This document shows positions 10,617 through 24,629 of a stretch of 64,000 nt of DNA, piece after piece (position 1 is the first letter of the stretch; each line of letters opens with the position of its first letter). The DNA is from Phaeosaccion multiseriatum (lineage: Eukaryota; Protista; Ochrophyta, other classes). The position numbers and the translations under genes were made by a program. The notes beneath the pieces are model-generated. The model searched no databases and was not told where the DNA came from. It worked only from the letters and a program-made list of their open reading frames with translations. The stretch is taken from the NCBI GenBank assembly GCA_965112735.1, contig OZ218960.1:310001-374000 (forward strand), read 5' to 3'.

Positions 10617-13600
10617 ATGAACTTGCAGGGGGAGGGGCGCTTTCTCACGCTCCCGCCCTTCGCCAAGAGGGCCATCCTGGACTTCGGCACGCCTGAGGAC
10701 CTGCTGCGCGTCCAGGCGTGCTGCGGGGAGTTGAGGGTTGTTGCCAATGGGGATGGGTTGTGGAACACACACCTCCTTCGGCTTCAGAAGGACGACGCTT
10801 CGGCTGCTACTGCTGCTGCTGATGGGGACGAGGGGCACCCGAAGCAGGAACAGCAGCAACAGGAGCAGCAGCGGCAGCAGCGGCGGCAGCAGCGGCAGCA
10901 GCTCATAAGCGATCTGCAACTCACGTCCTCTCGACAGGTAGGAAGGAGGGAAGGAAAGAGGGGAGGAGAAGCCGAAGGAGCAGGAGAGGCAGGAAGAGGG
11001 GTGTGCCTAACCAGCCACACAAAATTCTTGGGGTCTGACAATGTACATGTTTGGTAGCGGTGCGGCTGCCAGGCGTCGTCTCTTCCATCCTGAGAGCGCA
11101 TGTCTTCTTCCCGTACCTGTTGTTCTGTCTCTGCTTGCCAGCTGTACGAGCTGCTGATTCGCCTGCCCTTGCCGGCCGCGGTGGGCCTGCTGGGCTTTTG
11201 GGCAGCAGAGGTGATTACAGCCCACGAGGGGGCGGAGGCAGGGGGGCAAGACACTCAGGTAACACCTTCGGCCCATCTGCATCTGCTTTCACCCACTCTC
11301 TTGGGTTCTTGCTTCTTGCTTTTGGCTTTGAGCTGTACGGCCCTTCGTAACGGCTATAGTAGCGGTATCGGTCTGCTCCTTACAGGCGCACGTCCCTTTG
11401 CCTTTGCCGCTTCTTTTGCTCTATTGAATGGCCTCCGTTCACCAATGTGCTCTTGCTTTTGCCGTATTGCGCCTCTGATGGGGGTGGGATGGCATCATCT
11501 GTTCATCATTCCCCCGTGACGACTGTTGCCGGGTCACCAGCAGCAGCAGGGCAATCGAGGCCAGCTCATTCACATTCGAACCCTACGCGCTGCTCCTGCG
11601 CTTGCCGCGGGTAGCAGCGGTAGCAGCAGCGGAGGCATTGTGAGCAGCGGTAGCAGTGGCGGAGGCATTGTGAGCAGCGGTAGCAGCAGCGGAGGCATTG
11701 TGAGCAGCGGTAGCAGTGGCGGAGGCAGCGCAGCCCCCTCCTCCTGTCCCGCCATCTCGTGCGTACGCATCTTGTTTGTCAAGGATAGAGAGAGAAGGGG
11801 AAGCGTGGGCAGCAGGCCGTCGGACGGCATGAGCATGTCCGGCAGCAGCAGCAGCAGCGGGGCCGACGACGAGGAAGCGGAGGAAGAGGAGCACTCTGAC
11901 GAAGACCACAGTCACGAGAACGATAACTTCAGCTCGAGGACAGTGGTGTGCGAGCAAGAGCTCTGGAGGGCGGTGGTGACGCATCAGCAGCCGCAGCCGC
12001 CGCAGCAGCAAGGCGGCTCCGTTCTTGTGCCGTATGGCCTCTCTATTCGCTACCTCTGCTGCGCAGACGAGGCATCGCAGTTGGTGATACAGCAGCAGCG
12101 GCCGGCAGGTGCCGACACCTTCGTCCACATGGAGGTTAGTGGACGTTGTTGGATGCAGTTACGCCCCAACAGGATGCACATGGACAGCCGTGGACTGCCA
12201 TCGACTACCATAGACTCCCGTCGATGTGTCCTCTGTCCCTTGGGAAGGCCCTTCACGTGCTCACACTCCCTTTCTCCCCCCGACTCAGGCATCCCGCCTG
12301 CGCGTGGTTGGTCCCTCCTCTTTCTCCTTCTCCAGGAGTTTGGCACAGGCCTCCCCATCGACACGGTACTACAAACTGCAGGTCAGAGGCAGGCATATGG
12401 GCAGAGGGGCAAAGGATGAGGAGGGAAGGAGGGAGGGAGAGAGGGGGGGGAGGAGAGGGAGTAGGGACGGGAGAAGAGATTTGGAGGGAGGGGCATGTGG
12501 GCAGCGACAGGCGGGGGAGGGAGGAGAGAGGGAGAGAGGCATATGGGCGGAGAGAGAGAGGAGGAGGGTCAGGCTTGTAGCGCACCTCACACACCTATGT
12601 ATGTATGTACGGCACTTACGCACTTATCCTCTCGGACTGTCCCCCTCAGCCCGACCCGGCCATATACAAAGGCCAGTCCCGAGGGGGCGCAGCAAGGGGC
12701 GAGCGGCACAAGAGGAAGGCCTCACGCAGCAGCGATGCCCAACCAAGGAAAGGCCCTCGGGCCGGCCCTCGGGCCGACACTGTATCACCAACTGCTACTG
12801 CTACTGCTGCTGCTGGTGGTGGTGGTGGTGGTACAGCTGCTGGGCAGGCAGGGGGTGGATTGCGGGCGGCGGAGGTTGGGGGCTGGGATGCGGGTCGCGC
12901 GATCGAAACTTTGCGGTCGAGCTTTGCGGGGGCTACCAGCGGACTCGTCAGGGTAAGGCAGAGGGAGAGGGGGGGTGGGCAGAGGATATAGCCCACATGA
13001 GAAGAGGGTGGGAGGGGGGTTTGTCTGACGTGGTTGGCGACAAGAGGGCTTATTCCCGTGCAAGGATATTGCGTGCATGCGCACCGCGCACTTGCTGCTT
13101 CTCTTATCCTAGTCGTATGTACTGTTTTTCGTTCTCACTTGGGCTTGCCTCCCCCCCCCGTCCTCCTCCCCCCCCTCCTTCTCGCTCTCCTCCTCCTCAG
13201 GGTGTGTATAACAGCCACGGTGCCGAGATCCTTCACGCCGTCATCTTGTCCGATGACGAGCGCAGGGATATGTTTCAACGCGACTTTGCAGGTGCGTGCG
13301 TGGGCATGTGTGTGAGAGAGAGAGAGAGAGAGAGAGTGTGTGTGTGCGCGCGGGTTTGTATGTGCGTGTGTGTGTGTGTGTGTGTGTTGTGTGTGTGCGT
13401 GTGTACGAGTGCGTGTGAGTATTGTGTGCGTTCGTGCGTGTGTGTGTCTGCGCGCGTGTGTGTCTATGTGTGTGCGTGTGTGTGCATTCATTCTGTATGT
13501 GTGTGTGCGTGTGTGTGCATTCATTCTGTATGTGTGTGTGTGTCTGTGTGTGTGCGTGTTTGTGCATTCATTCTGTATGTGTGTGTGCGTCTGTGTGTGT

Positions 13601-14569
13601 TGTGTGTGTGCGTGTGTGTATCCTCCTGCACCTCCTCCCCTCCTACTGCTGCTCCTTGACACACTCTGCATCCTACGCTCGTCCCTTCTCCTCTACGCAG
13701 GCCCTGCATGTGAGTCCTGTCCTCTCTTCGCCCTCTCCAGCCCCACAGCCCTGCTGACGGGCCGCAAAGTCATCGGAGACGCCAACGTGCCTGCAGGCCA
13801 TTACTCCTTCGTCGTCAGCCTCAGCAAGAACGTCACCATCGAGGAGCTGCAGCGTGAGTGCCAGTTGGTGCCATTCAGTGACATTGGGTACTTCCTTGCC
13901 TCTTTCGTTGGTAGTACAGCGTAAGGGAGAGAAGCGCCTTTGTGTATCATTGCTGTTTCTGTCTCGTGCTTGTTTTGACGAGTGTTCCGGTGCGCTTGGC
14001 CTGCTCACCTGAAATCTTTCCCTTTGTGTGCATGTCCTGTCTTATCATCTTTCTCTCTGTATCTCTTTGCGCCCATCTACTATTCTATCGATCTATCGAT
14101 CTATCTGTCCATACATGTATAAATCCATGTATGCGCATGTTCAGAGAGCCTGGATGCAGAGGACGACGTGGTCCTCCTTGCGTTGAGGAACTTTCTGGAG
14201 CGGAGAAGGGCAGCGGCTCTCAAGGCGAGAGAGGCGATGGAAGAGGAGCGAAACGGAGGAGCTGGCGAAGTAGTGGGGGGCAGAGCGGCCGTTCGACCTC
14301 CTCCGGTGCCGGCCCTAACCGCCGTTTACAGGGGCTTTGGTCAGATCAACTCGTCGCAGCAGCACTGGCAGCCCGAGTGGGTGCCTGTCATGCTGGTGAT
14401 GCATGATGATGAGCACGGAGCAGCAGGAGCAGGGGCAAGGCATGCGGCGGGGGGATGGGGCAGGAATGGGAATCGAACGAGAGGACAGCGGTGCAGCGCC
14501 TTTGGTTCCCTGGTGTGGGGGGCAATGGGGTTCGGGGGATACGCTATTGACCTCGACTTTTTTCTTTGA
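10617..14569 (+). CDS. F-box protein with FBXO31-like C-terminal (cyclin D1-binding/DUF3506-type) domain, multi-exon
   Basis: N-terminal FLTLPPFAKRAILDFGTPEDLLRVQACCGELRVVANGDGLW is F-box-like. Later exons give GVYNSHGAEILH, LTGRKVIGDANVPAGHYSF and YRGFGQIN...WQPEWVP, characteristic of the DUF3506/FBXO31 beta-barrel. Confidence 0.72.
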
Positions 14570-16875
14570 GGCGGGAGGACGGAGGAAGAGGAAGAGGAAG
14601 AGGAGGAGAGGAGGAAGAGGGATGTCGCGATGGCTGCGACCCTAGTGCGCGTGCCTTTGCTCGGGGTGAAGAGGGGCATGTATGTGTGTGCAAGCTGAAG
14701 CTGTGTGGCAACTGAAGCGCAGCGGCAATGCATGGGGCCCGCCATCCACTGACCGGCAGAGAGGATAAACCGACAGGAGATGGACAGGGGATCGACAGGG
14801 GATCGACAGGGACCTCCTCCCTCCACTTGATCACGGGCCATTCCGTGCATTCAGACATTCGGGTAAGGGCAGGGGAGCATCAATATAGGAGCACCGGTGG
14901 GTAGGGGAAGAGCATCAGAAGGAGCTTAAGGGCTTGAAGTTTTAGTTACGTGTGAGACACTAGTGGGAATTTGCATGTGAGAAGGGCAGCAAGGGAGGTG
15001 GGGAGGGGGAGGGGGGGGGGGAGGGGGTGTCGAATCGATCCGTGAGGGACAGGGAAGGACAGGGGGGGGCGGGAAGTGTAGAGACATACATCTCTACTGT
15101 AGGGAAGACGAGGGGGGGGGCGAGAGATTTGTGTCTGTACGAAGGGTTTTCTTTCTTCAGCACACTAAAAGTGCTATTTACACGAGTCTGAGAGTGTGTC
15201 AGAGGTCTATATTATATCGTGCCTTTCGTTATAAGGGAGAGTGTGTCGGTGGAGTCAGGAGTAAGGGAAGGAAATAAACTAGTGTGTACCTAGCTAGGTA
15301 GCAATAAAAAGCGAACTTTTACAATATAGTACGTATACGCAGGCAGTAATAAAATTAATTTTAATTATATTTTAATCAAAATCAGCTCAACAATGCGGTG
15401 TGCCTCCTCTCTCTGGTGTTCAGGGCCCTCCCTCAGACTCGTCCTTCTTTATAAAGAGAGATAGCCTTAAAACAAACTTTACTTACCCTTAGCCCTAACC
15501 TTGTTGGTACACTCTCGAGCTCTACTTGCTGCCCTTCTCAGCAGCCCCCTGCCTCGCTGTCCTTCTTCTAAAGAAAGACACCGAGCGGGGACCCCCCTCC
15601 ACTCCAGAGGAGGGGCTCAAGACGAGCAGGGTCAGCGTCGCGGTACCTCACCCTTCCCCTCCCTACCCTCCCTCCGAATGCAGTTTGACTTAACCACGGC
15701 CGAAGGAAGGAAGCTGAGGTCTATCAGAGAGAGAGAAGGGCGTTCTTTGGGCTGCTGCGTCTCTCAGATAGGCCTGAGCCCACACCCAAGCGCGCTCTCT
15801 CCAACCCCCCCCCCCGCCCCGTGCTAAAGGCCTCCCCTGCCTATGCGGCGAGCAGCCGAGGGCCAACAACCCCAATAATCCCATCCCCCGCCCCTTCAAG
15901 ACCCAAGTCTACACTTCAAGGCCCAAGTGACCAAACAGAGTCAAGTCAGAGCCGGGAAAGGAGAAGGAAAAGGTTAAAAGCTTCCCCTCCCCTTCCCCCC
16001 GTGCCCCTGTTATCAAGTCTTTTTCGCGTCAAAAAGTGTACCTCTCCTCCCTGTGCCCCTGCCTCTCCCGACCTATTTCAAAAGTTTCAAAAGAACGGAC
16101 GCAACCTTCCTCCTCCCCTCCTTGTAGATAATAATGCTCACAATGCCCGCGGTGCAGTGTGTAAAGTATGGCACAAAAGCTTGCGGTGTGGTAGAGATTC
16201 AGTTCGTCCTCTCCCCCTGTACACATGTATACCTGCCTCAGCTGTCTCCGTCTAGTGTTGTAGTGTTTCACAGCGGGGGCGGCGTCATTTGCCTCGAGGC
16301 TGTCGCTATCCTTACTCCTCCTCCTCCTCCCCTCCTCCTCCTCCTCCTCCTCCTCCCCCTCCGTGTCTTTCTTTCTTCTCCTTCTCCTCTCTTCATCCTC
16401 TTCCTCCTTCTCCTCTCCCAACTTGTACTGACTGACTGCCCTCTTCCCCGTGCACCATCACCTCTGTGGCTCATTGTCAGTCGGTCGGGAGGGCAGGCAA
16501 ATGTGCAGGCACATGGGCAGGCACATGGGCAGGCACATGGGCAGGCACATGGGCAGGCACGTGTGGCTGAGCCCTCCTCGGTGCTTGCGCTCACCTCACG
16601 CATCCTCACCTCCTGCAGTGCCGTGCCAGGCTCTCTAGGGCAGGCTTAATGCTCAGTGCTCACTTCTCAATGCTCAATGCTCAGTGCAGCTGCTGTTTGG
16701 GCTTCTCCATCTGGGGGGGAAGAGAGAGAGAGAAGATAGAGAGGGAGAGAGAGAAGAGGGAAATAATGGGGGATGGAGAGAGAGGGAGAGGGAGAGGGGG
16801 GAGGGAGAGGGGGAGAGAGAAGAGAGAGAGAGAGGGAGAGAGAGGGAGAGAGAGGGAGAGAGAGGGAGAGGAAGG

Positions 16876-17107
16876 GAAGGAGAGAAGAGAGAGAGAAGAG
16901 AGAAGAGATAGAGGAAGAGAGAGAGGGAGAGCACGATGACAAATCAGCACGGCGAGTGCCGGGGTGTGGGAGGGGAGGGGAGAAAAAGGATAGTGGAGAG
17001 AAGAGAGAGAGAAGAGAGAAGAGATAGAGGAAGAGAGAGAGGGAGAGCACGATGACAAATCAGCACGGCGAGTGCGGGGGTGTGGGAGGGGAGGGGAGAA
17101 AAAGGAT
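16876..17107. repeat. ~118-bp tandem duplication
   Basis: The block ...gagcacgatgacaaatcagcacggcgagtgc..ggggtgtgggaggggaggggagaaaaaggat occurs twice in tandem. Confidence 0.8.
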
Positions 17108-17192
17108 GGAAAGCAGTACTGCCCATATGCCTGCCCCAACGCCCGCCTGTTTAGCCTGCTGACTGACTCAAAGAGAGAGGCCTAGCTGACGC

Positions 17193-20100
17193 CTAGCAGC
17201 TCCCTCCTTCCCTCCTTCCCTCGATGCAAGTTCGCACCTGCTCCATCCAGATGCGCGTCTTATAGAGCGCGAAGAGGTCCCTCACAAGCTCTCTGAAGTC
17301 GATGCGGTCCTCGGCCTCGAAGAAGAACGTCAGCTTGCGGTGGTCGAACTGTATACACACAGAGAGAGATAGAGAGAGAGAAAGAGAGAGGCGAGAGAGG
17401 CGAGAGAGAGAGGCACGCACATACGCACGGCGTGGGGAAAGGGACTCAGGGATCTTGACACGCTTTCCCCGGCAGGTGAAGGTGAAGTAACGTTTGAAAG
17501 CTCGCGCTTCCCCACTCCCAACCCCCGTCCGTCTCGTGCTCTGCTTTGCTCTGTATCACAAACTCCTCTCCTCTCCGTTCCTCTCCTCTCCGTTCCTCTC
17601 CTCTCCTCTCCTCTCCTCTCCTCTCCCCTCCTCTCCTCTCCCCTCCTCTCCTCTCCGTTCCTCTCCTCTCCTCTCCTCTCCTCTCCCCTCCTTTGCTCTG
17701 CCGACTGTACCGTACCTGCAGCTCAGCGTCGAGTAGCTTCATGGGCAGGCCTCGCGTACGCACTTTGCTCTTGCACACCTTCAGGATGGAGGCCTCTTCC
17801 TTGGCCTGGGGATGGCAGTGGATGGGGGGGGGGGGGGGGGGGGAGAAGGGATGGCAGAGGCGTATGGGCACAAACTTATGAGACGGAAAGAAAGAAGGTT
17901 CGGAGGAGATGAGCGGGTGGCAGGGGATGGGAGGGATGGGTGAGTGAATGTTTCCCAGTCTCTACCCAACGGAACTAACCTTCTCGGGCAACTTGGCCAC
18001 TTCCTGCTTCGAGGCCTTCCGCAGCACGCGCTGCATGCCCTCCAGAGGGTTGTTGGGGTTAGCCAGGCCCTCCTTGTCAGGGTCGGTAAGCCCGTTGCTG
18101 CTGCTGCCGCTGATGCTGCCGTGGCCGCTGCTGTTGGCCGGGGTGGTCCCATTGCCATTCCCGTTGGAGTCGTTGCTACTTTGGCTGCCCCTCCTCCTGT
18201 CGCGTCGCCTCTTGCCTGAACTCGCCAACGCAAACATACACACACACAACAACGAGGGGGAGGGGGTTTCGGTGCTTGAGCAATACTCGCGTGATGGGGT
18301 CGCCCTTTGTTTCTTGCTCTCCCTCTTGCTCTTGTCTCCCCGTTCCTCTCCCTCTCCCTCTCCCTCTCCCACTCCCTCTCCCCCCTCCCCCCTCCCCCCT
18401 CCCTCCCATCCCTCCCCCCCCCCCCGCTCACCAGAAGCAATGTCTTTGGCGCACTTCTCTGCCCTCGCTGCCTCCTTGGCTGCCGTCTTGGTGATCTCTT
18501 GTGCTTCCACCATGGTAAGGTACTCAGCGAGGGGCATGGTGCGCGACAGAGTGCCGAGGTCTTCCCCACGGTCCGCCTGAGTAGTGTGTAAGTACGTAGT
18601 AGTACGTACGAAAAAGTCAAGCAACAGTCAGGAAAGGCCCACAATCAATGGCAAGGCCAGGGGGCGCAGCAGCAATGGCAATGTCGACGTCAATGTCGAC
18701 ATCTCCCTCTCACCTCGACTTTGACGTAATCGCCAGGTTTGAGTGAGTCTTTGTTGAGATTGGGTCCGAGCAGGAAGGCAACGGTGGTGCGCTTTAACAT
18801 GACGTCACACACAAACCCGCCGTGGGGACGCACGCCTGCAAAGGGTTAAAGCAGGGGCAACAGCAAGGGCAAGGGCAATGGTCAGGGTAGGGCATGGGCA
18901 AGAGCAAAAGCAAGAGCAAGAGCAAGAGCAAGAGCAAAAGCAAGAGCAAGAGCAAGAGCAAGAGTATGAGTAAGAGCAAGAGTGAGTATGGGCAAGGACA
19001 AGGACAAGAGCAAGAGCAAGAGCAAGAGCAAGAGCAAGGCGAGACGCTGAGTCCAGGGCTGTCCAGGGTAACAGGCATGGATAGACAGACGCGTGCGTCG
19101 CTCCCGTGTGTGGGTCCCGGTCTATATCGTATCCCCTCTCCCCTCCCCTCCCCTCACTCAACTCACCCTCTTCGGCCGCCTTCTTCTCTGCCGCCGCTGT
19201 CTCCGGCCCCTCCTCCTTCATCACGGTAGAGTCATCCAGCGTCAGCGGAGAGGGAGTACGCGTGGAGCTGCCCCCCCCACCCCCTGCCCTGCCCCCACCC
19301 CCATGTGGCTGGTAAGGGGTGGACATGGAAGCTGCTCTCACGCGGCCGATCACTCCGGCGCACACACTGGGGCCGTGGGCAGGTGCATCGCCGCCGCCGT
19401 GAAGAGCCGCTTCCGAAGTTGTCACGCCCCCCATGTCGCCTGTTCCTCCTCCTCCCCCACTTCCTCCTCCGTAGCCAGAAGAGCAGCGACCGCCGGTAAC
19501 GCTGCTCGCCGAGGAGGAACGGGCGTAGCGGAAGGATGCAATGGGTGCGCCACTCGGGGCTATCGGACCGCTTCCGCCCTCGCCGAAGCCTCCAACGCCG
19601 GGAGAGTGACGCCGCTCGCTGGCACGAACAGGGCCACTGCCACCGCTGCCGCCGCTTCCGGTGCGGTAAGCGGGGTAGGAGGAGGGGTAGGAGAAGAAGG
19701 CGGAGAAAGAGGAGGAGGGAGAAAAGGTGGAGAGGGTCCCACAGCTTGATGACCGCTCGTGAGGGTAATGCGGCTGGGGCCTCTCTGGGGGAGTCGGCGG
19801 ATGGTATATCTTCCCCGTGCCGCCCTCAAACAGGGAGGCGGACGCGGGGGGCGACGGGGGAGGGGTGCGGAGCAAGCCTGTGGTTGCGTTGCCGGGCGCG
19901 CACGTGTGTGTGTGTGTGTGTATGTGTGTGTGTGTATGTGTGTGTGTTTGTATGTGTGTTCGGGAGACAGGAAAACCATGAGCGAGGAGGGGGGAAGGAG
20001 GGGTGCAGAGAGGAGAGGGCGGCGGGCCACAAGGCTTCGTGTGAGGGTGTGAGGTGGTGGGAGGGAAGGCATCGAGACAAGGGGAGAGAGGAGTTGCGCA

Positions 20101-22611
20101 TGGCATGTGCGTGCGTGTGCACACATCATACACAACGCACGGCTAAAAAATGTAAACAGGGCATATGCAAAAGAGCGAGTCAAGGCCACTTGAGAGAGAG
20201 AGATAGAGAGAGAGATATAGAGATACGTATAGAAAAAAGAAGAGAGAAAAAGGCGGGGGGGAACTTACCACTCCCGGAGCATGTGCTGAAGAGGCCGGTG
20301 CTGGAGGGTCTTGTGACATCGGCGCTACCGCCCGAGTCCCAGTCAGAGTCCTCCTGAGTCAGGGGAAGGGAGCCCTCCTGAATGATTGATTGATTGGTTG
20401 ATTGATTGGTGATTGGAGGGGGGGGGGGGGGGGAGGGGCGAAGGGCGCGCGGAGAGAAAAGAGCAAAGGGAAGGGCGCGGGGAGGAGGGGCGATGGTCAG
20501 CGGTCAGTTTCAGTTTCAGTTGGGTACTTGCAACCCATCCCAGCAAAAATAGCGCATGAAAGTACGCACACGCATACGCACGCGCGTACACACACACGCA
20601 CACACATACACGCACACACACACACATACACACACGCACGCACACACATACATACACACACGCACGCACACACATACACACACACATGCACGCACACACA
20701 CACACACGCACGCACGCACACACACATACACACACATATGCACGCACACACACACATACACACACGCGCGCACACACACACGCGCACACACACATACGCA
20801 TGCACGTACATCAGAGCGAGTCTGGGCGAAGGAGGACGGCGAGTGAGGCTGCCCCTGCCCCTGCCCATACGACTGTGCCTGCCCCTGTCCGCTGATACTG
20901 GAGATGGCGGCGGTGAGCTGATCGAAGAAGAAGGCCGTGGCTGGAGACTCTTGGTCGGTTTGGTCGGTCTGAGGGGACGGGTTATGGTCAGTACGTCAGT
21001 AGGTCAGTCAGTCATTCATTCAGTCAGGCAGTCAGTCTGTCAGTCACGCAGTCACGCAGTCAGTCAGTCAGTCTCAATGCATGTCTCGTGTAAGCTCCTC
21101 CAACGGCCAACGCCACGTACCATCTGACGGATCTGACGGGCGCGATCGCTCAGCTGCAGGGGGGTGGGGGGCTCTGTGAACGGCATCGGACTCTGTGGCT
21201 GGGATTGGTACCTGCCGTGGAGGGAAAACACGCTCGCACGCACGCACGCACACACACATACATGCGCACACAGCGAGAAGGGCAGGCAACAGAGAGGCAC
21301 CGGGGAGAAATGGGGGGAGAGGGCGGGGCAGACAGCGGAGGGGAGACGGAGGGGCAGACAGGGGAGGGGACGAGTGAGCGGCTTGAAGCGACTCTTTTGG
21401 GCCAACCCACACCGATGGAGCTAAGCGCACAACTATAGGGGGCTCTCATCTCCCCCTCCCTCCCCTCCAACCCCCCCCCCTTCCCTCCCCCCCCCTCCCC
21501 TCCCCTCCCCTCCCCTCCCCAACTCACCTCCCGTCCGCTTCCTCGCCGAGCATGAGACGGGCAGACCACATCGGACTCGAAGTGGAGGACCTACGGCGGT
21601 GCTGCACATCTCGATGCACCTCTCGCTCCGCCCCTAGGGCCAGCGAGTGCGCAGAGTGGGCCTTCTCCAGGGGGGGCGAAGACGGGAACCCTCTCCTGCC
21701 CCCTCCTCCTCCGCCTCCTCCTTCGCCCACCACGCGAGAAGCTGAAGCCCGCATTTCCCTCGCATCCGTCGTGCCCGTGCGTGTAGGCTGTGCAGCGCCC
21801 CCCTGTGACCCGACAGGAAGGTCGGTGTTGATGACGGGGGGGGTGGCCATGCGGCTACGACTACGGCTCTGTTGGCCTTGGCTTTGGCTTACACCTTGGC
21901 TTAGGCCTTGGCCTTGACCTTGGCTTTGGCTTTGGCTGGTGCCGCTCACGACGAGGAGAGGTGTCCCCTCTCTACGAGGGCCCTCACGCCTCGCGGTGCC
22001 GAAGGAGGGCAGAGAGGACGACATACAGTCGGGGGGCAGCCGAGACGTCACCAGGATGCCTCCCGATGACGATCTGCCGCCCCCTCTGCTGCCATCTATG
22101 GCTCTGCTGGTGCTAGTGCTGGCGGTGGTGCTGGTGGTGCCTCCCATATCTACGCCTCCTCCTCCTCTTCCTCCTCCTCCTCCTCCTTGAGTCGAGGGCT
22201 TGACGGGCACAGGCTGTTTCAGATGAGAGGATTGGGGGATGAAACCGCCGCTGTGCTGCTGCTGCCCGCCGCTCCCCCCAACACCACCACCTCCAGAGGC
22301 AGACGCAGAGGCAGAGGCACGGCCTTCCCCACTCTTGCGCAGCAGCGAGGCGGCGTACGTGAGGCCTCCCGTCCCTTGTCCTGCCCGTCCTCCGGTTCCT
22401 TCTCCTGCCGCCCGCTCTGCCGCATCTCCACTCGCATTGCCGGGTCGGAGGAGGGACGGACCGCGCTGTGTGGGGCGGGGCAGCCCCTGATGTTGCTGTT
22501 GTTGCTGCTGCTGTTGCTGCTGCTGCCTCTGTTGCTGTTGCTGCTGCTGCTGCTGCTGCTGTTGCTGTTGTTGTTGCTGCTGCTGCTGCCTCTGCTGTTG
22601 CTGTATCGCCA

Positions 22612-22670
<59 letters not shown>

Positions 22671-22963
22671 ATCACCAACTGCTGCTGCTGCATGTGTAAG
22701 GCGTGCTGGGCCTGCTGCAGTTGTTGAACGCCGCTGCCACTGCCACTGGCACCGGCGCTCGTGCCCGCGGAGAAGGGGGAGAAAGAGGAAGCGGAACCGA
22801 GCAGTTGGTGCCCTTCTTCGGCGCGCTGCTCGCGCTGTTGATGTTGGTGATGCGCACTGCCACTTGTGAACCCTGGCGCCGTTGTCGGACGACCCTCCAC
22901 CGAGCGGCCGAAAGGCGCCTGCCCTTGTTGGTGATACAGGGGGCCCGGCTGCCAACGCTCGCG

Positions 22964-22996
<33 letters not shown>

Positions 22997-23160
22997 TGGC
23001 TGCTCTTGGTCGAAGTGTGCGTCCCCCCCCGGGAAAGGCAGAGGAGGGGTCCGAAGCCTCGCCAAGGAGGGGACGGAAGAAGAAGGCAAGGCTGGGTACC
23101 CAGGGGGTGCCGCATCCACCGCCGAGCCTGCGTGCGGGGCGGAGGGGAAAGAGAGATGGA

Positions 23161-23201
<41 letters not shown>

Positions 23202-24629
23202 GAGGGAGAGAGGAGAGAGAGAGGAGAGAGAGAGGGAGAGAGAGGGAGAGAGCGCGAGAGACAGGGGGTAGGGTCGTGGAATCAGTCAGCCAGTCAGCCA
23301 GTCAGTCAATCCAGTCGGTCAGTGTCTGTGCCAAGCCGGCCCCTGAGCGACGCAACTTCAACCACCACACCCTCCGTGCAGCGCCCGCGTACCTTGGCCT
23401 CGGCGATAGATACCTGACCCAAACCGAGACTGTGCCCCCCCCCCGCCTCCACCCGTGAGCACGGCAACCGCGGCGGCCGTGCGCTGCTGCGGGTCCATTT
23501 GATGCTGGGGATGAGCCGCCTGATGGTGTCTTGGGCGCAGCTGGCTCTGCTGGCCCTGCTGGCTCTGTCGGCCCTGGTGCTGCTGCTCCTGCTGCTGTTG
23601 GCCCTGCTGTTGCACTTGGTGGTACGGCTCGTGGTGCAGCAGTGGCGCGTGAAGGTGCTGTTGCCCGGGCCCCTGACCCATGCCACACTGTCGCTGCTGC
23701 TGCTGCTGCTTCTGCTGCTGCTCTCGGTAGTCGCGGCCGGCGCTGTCCTCCTGTGGACGCTGGAGGCCGAACAGGTCCTCCTGCAGCCACTCCTCGGGCC
23801 GGGGTCGGGGCTGGCCCTCCTCTCGCTCCTCGCGCTGCTCACGCTGCTGTTGCTGCCGTGGCGCCAGCTCCGTCGGCAGAAAGTCGCGTAGCTCCAGTGC
23901 GTGTGCGTCGCGAGTCGGAGTAGGAGGAGGGGGTGTCCCGGTCCCGCTGGGGAAAAGACTGGGGCTCTTGCGGGCCTCCACGCCCTTGCTTTCGCGAGAA
24001 GGAGAAGGCACAGGCGCGGAGTCCAGGCCTCCCGCTGCGGCTGGAAAAGAGGCCGTCGAAGCCCCGCTGCTCAGTATGCTGCTGCTGCCGCTGCCTTCTC
24101 GTCCCCGGCTTGGCTGCGAGTCTTCCGACGCTGGCTCCTTCCACGCGAAAAGCCCCCCTGCTCCTGCTTCCCCCGCGCGGCTGGATCCCGGCGCCAGGGG
24201 GAAGGCGAACCCCGACGACACCCCCAACTGGAGGTCATCGCTGAGGCCCGTCCAGCTCGCCCCCCCCTCACAGACACTGTCCGTGTCTCCTCGCGCCCCC
24301 TCACCTCCCCCGACTGGTGACGCTGCTGCTGCCTTTCCAAAGCTGTACCCGCCCTTGTCGCTAACGGAGCTGGCCGGGGCCGTGTCCAGCGTGGAGAGCG
24401 GGGCCTTCAGCTCGTCGCTAGCCTCCCCCTTCCCCTTCCCTTCCCCCGAGACGCAAGGCGAGGTGATGACGGTCAGGGTCGGGGCAGTAGACGTGGCCGC
24501 CGACTCCCCCGCATCCACCGCCCTGGCTTTCAAGAGCCCCTTGCTCAGGAAGGCTGCGGAGGTCACCGGCGCAGCAGAAGCGCCCCCCTCCTCCCCCCCC
24601 ATGCCCTCCTTGCCGGCTGGCCTACTCAT
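17193..24629 (-). CDS. Large low-complexity protein with C-terminal PSP1 domain, multi-exon
   Basis: C-terminal exons give IVKVE|ADRGEDLG and [28 protein letters not shown]|[37 protein letters not shown], the PSP1 C-terminal signature. N-terminal exons are Q/G/S-rich (24629-~23413, ~23130-21528, ~19890-19165). The 3' end is uncertain and may splice further to ~16600. Confidence 0.8.

Noticed and set aside
13300-13620. Cys/Val- or His/Thr-rich ORFs here and at ~20550-20810, ~33000-33280 and ~40900-41050
   Set aside because: These are intronic (GT/CA)n microsatellites.
15482-15500. Telomere-like cccttagccctaacc
   Set aside because: Only about two degenerate units, compatible with chance.
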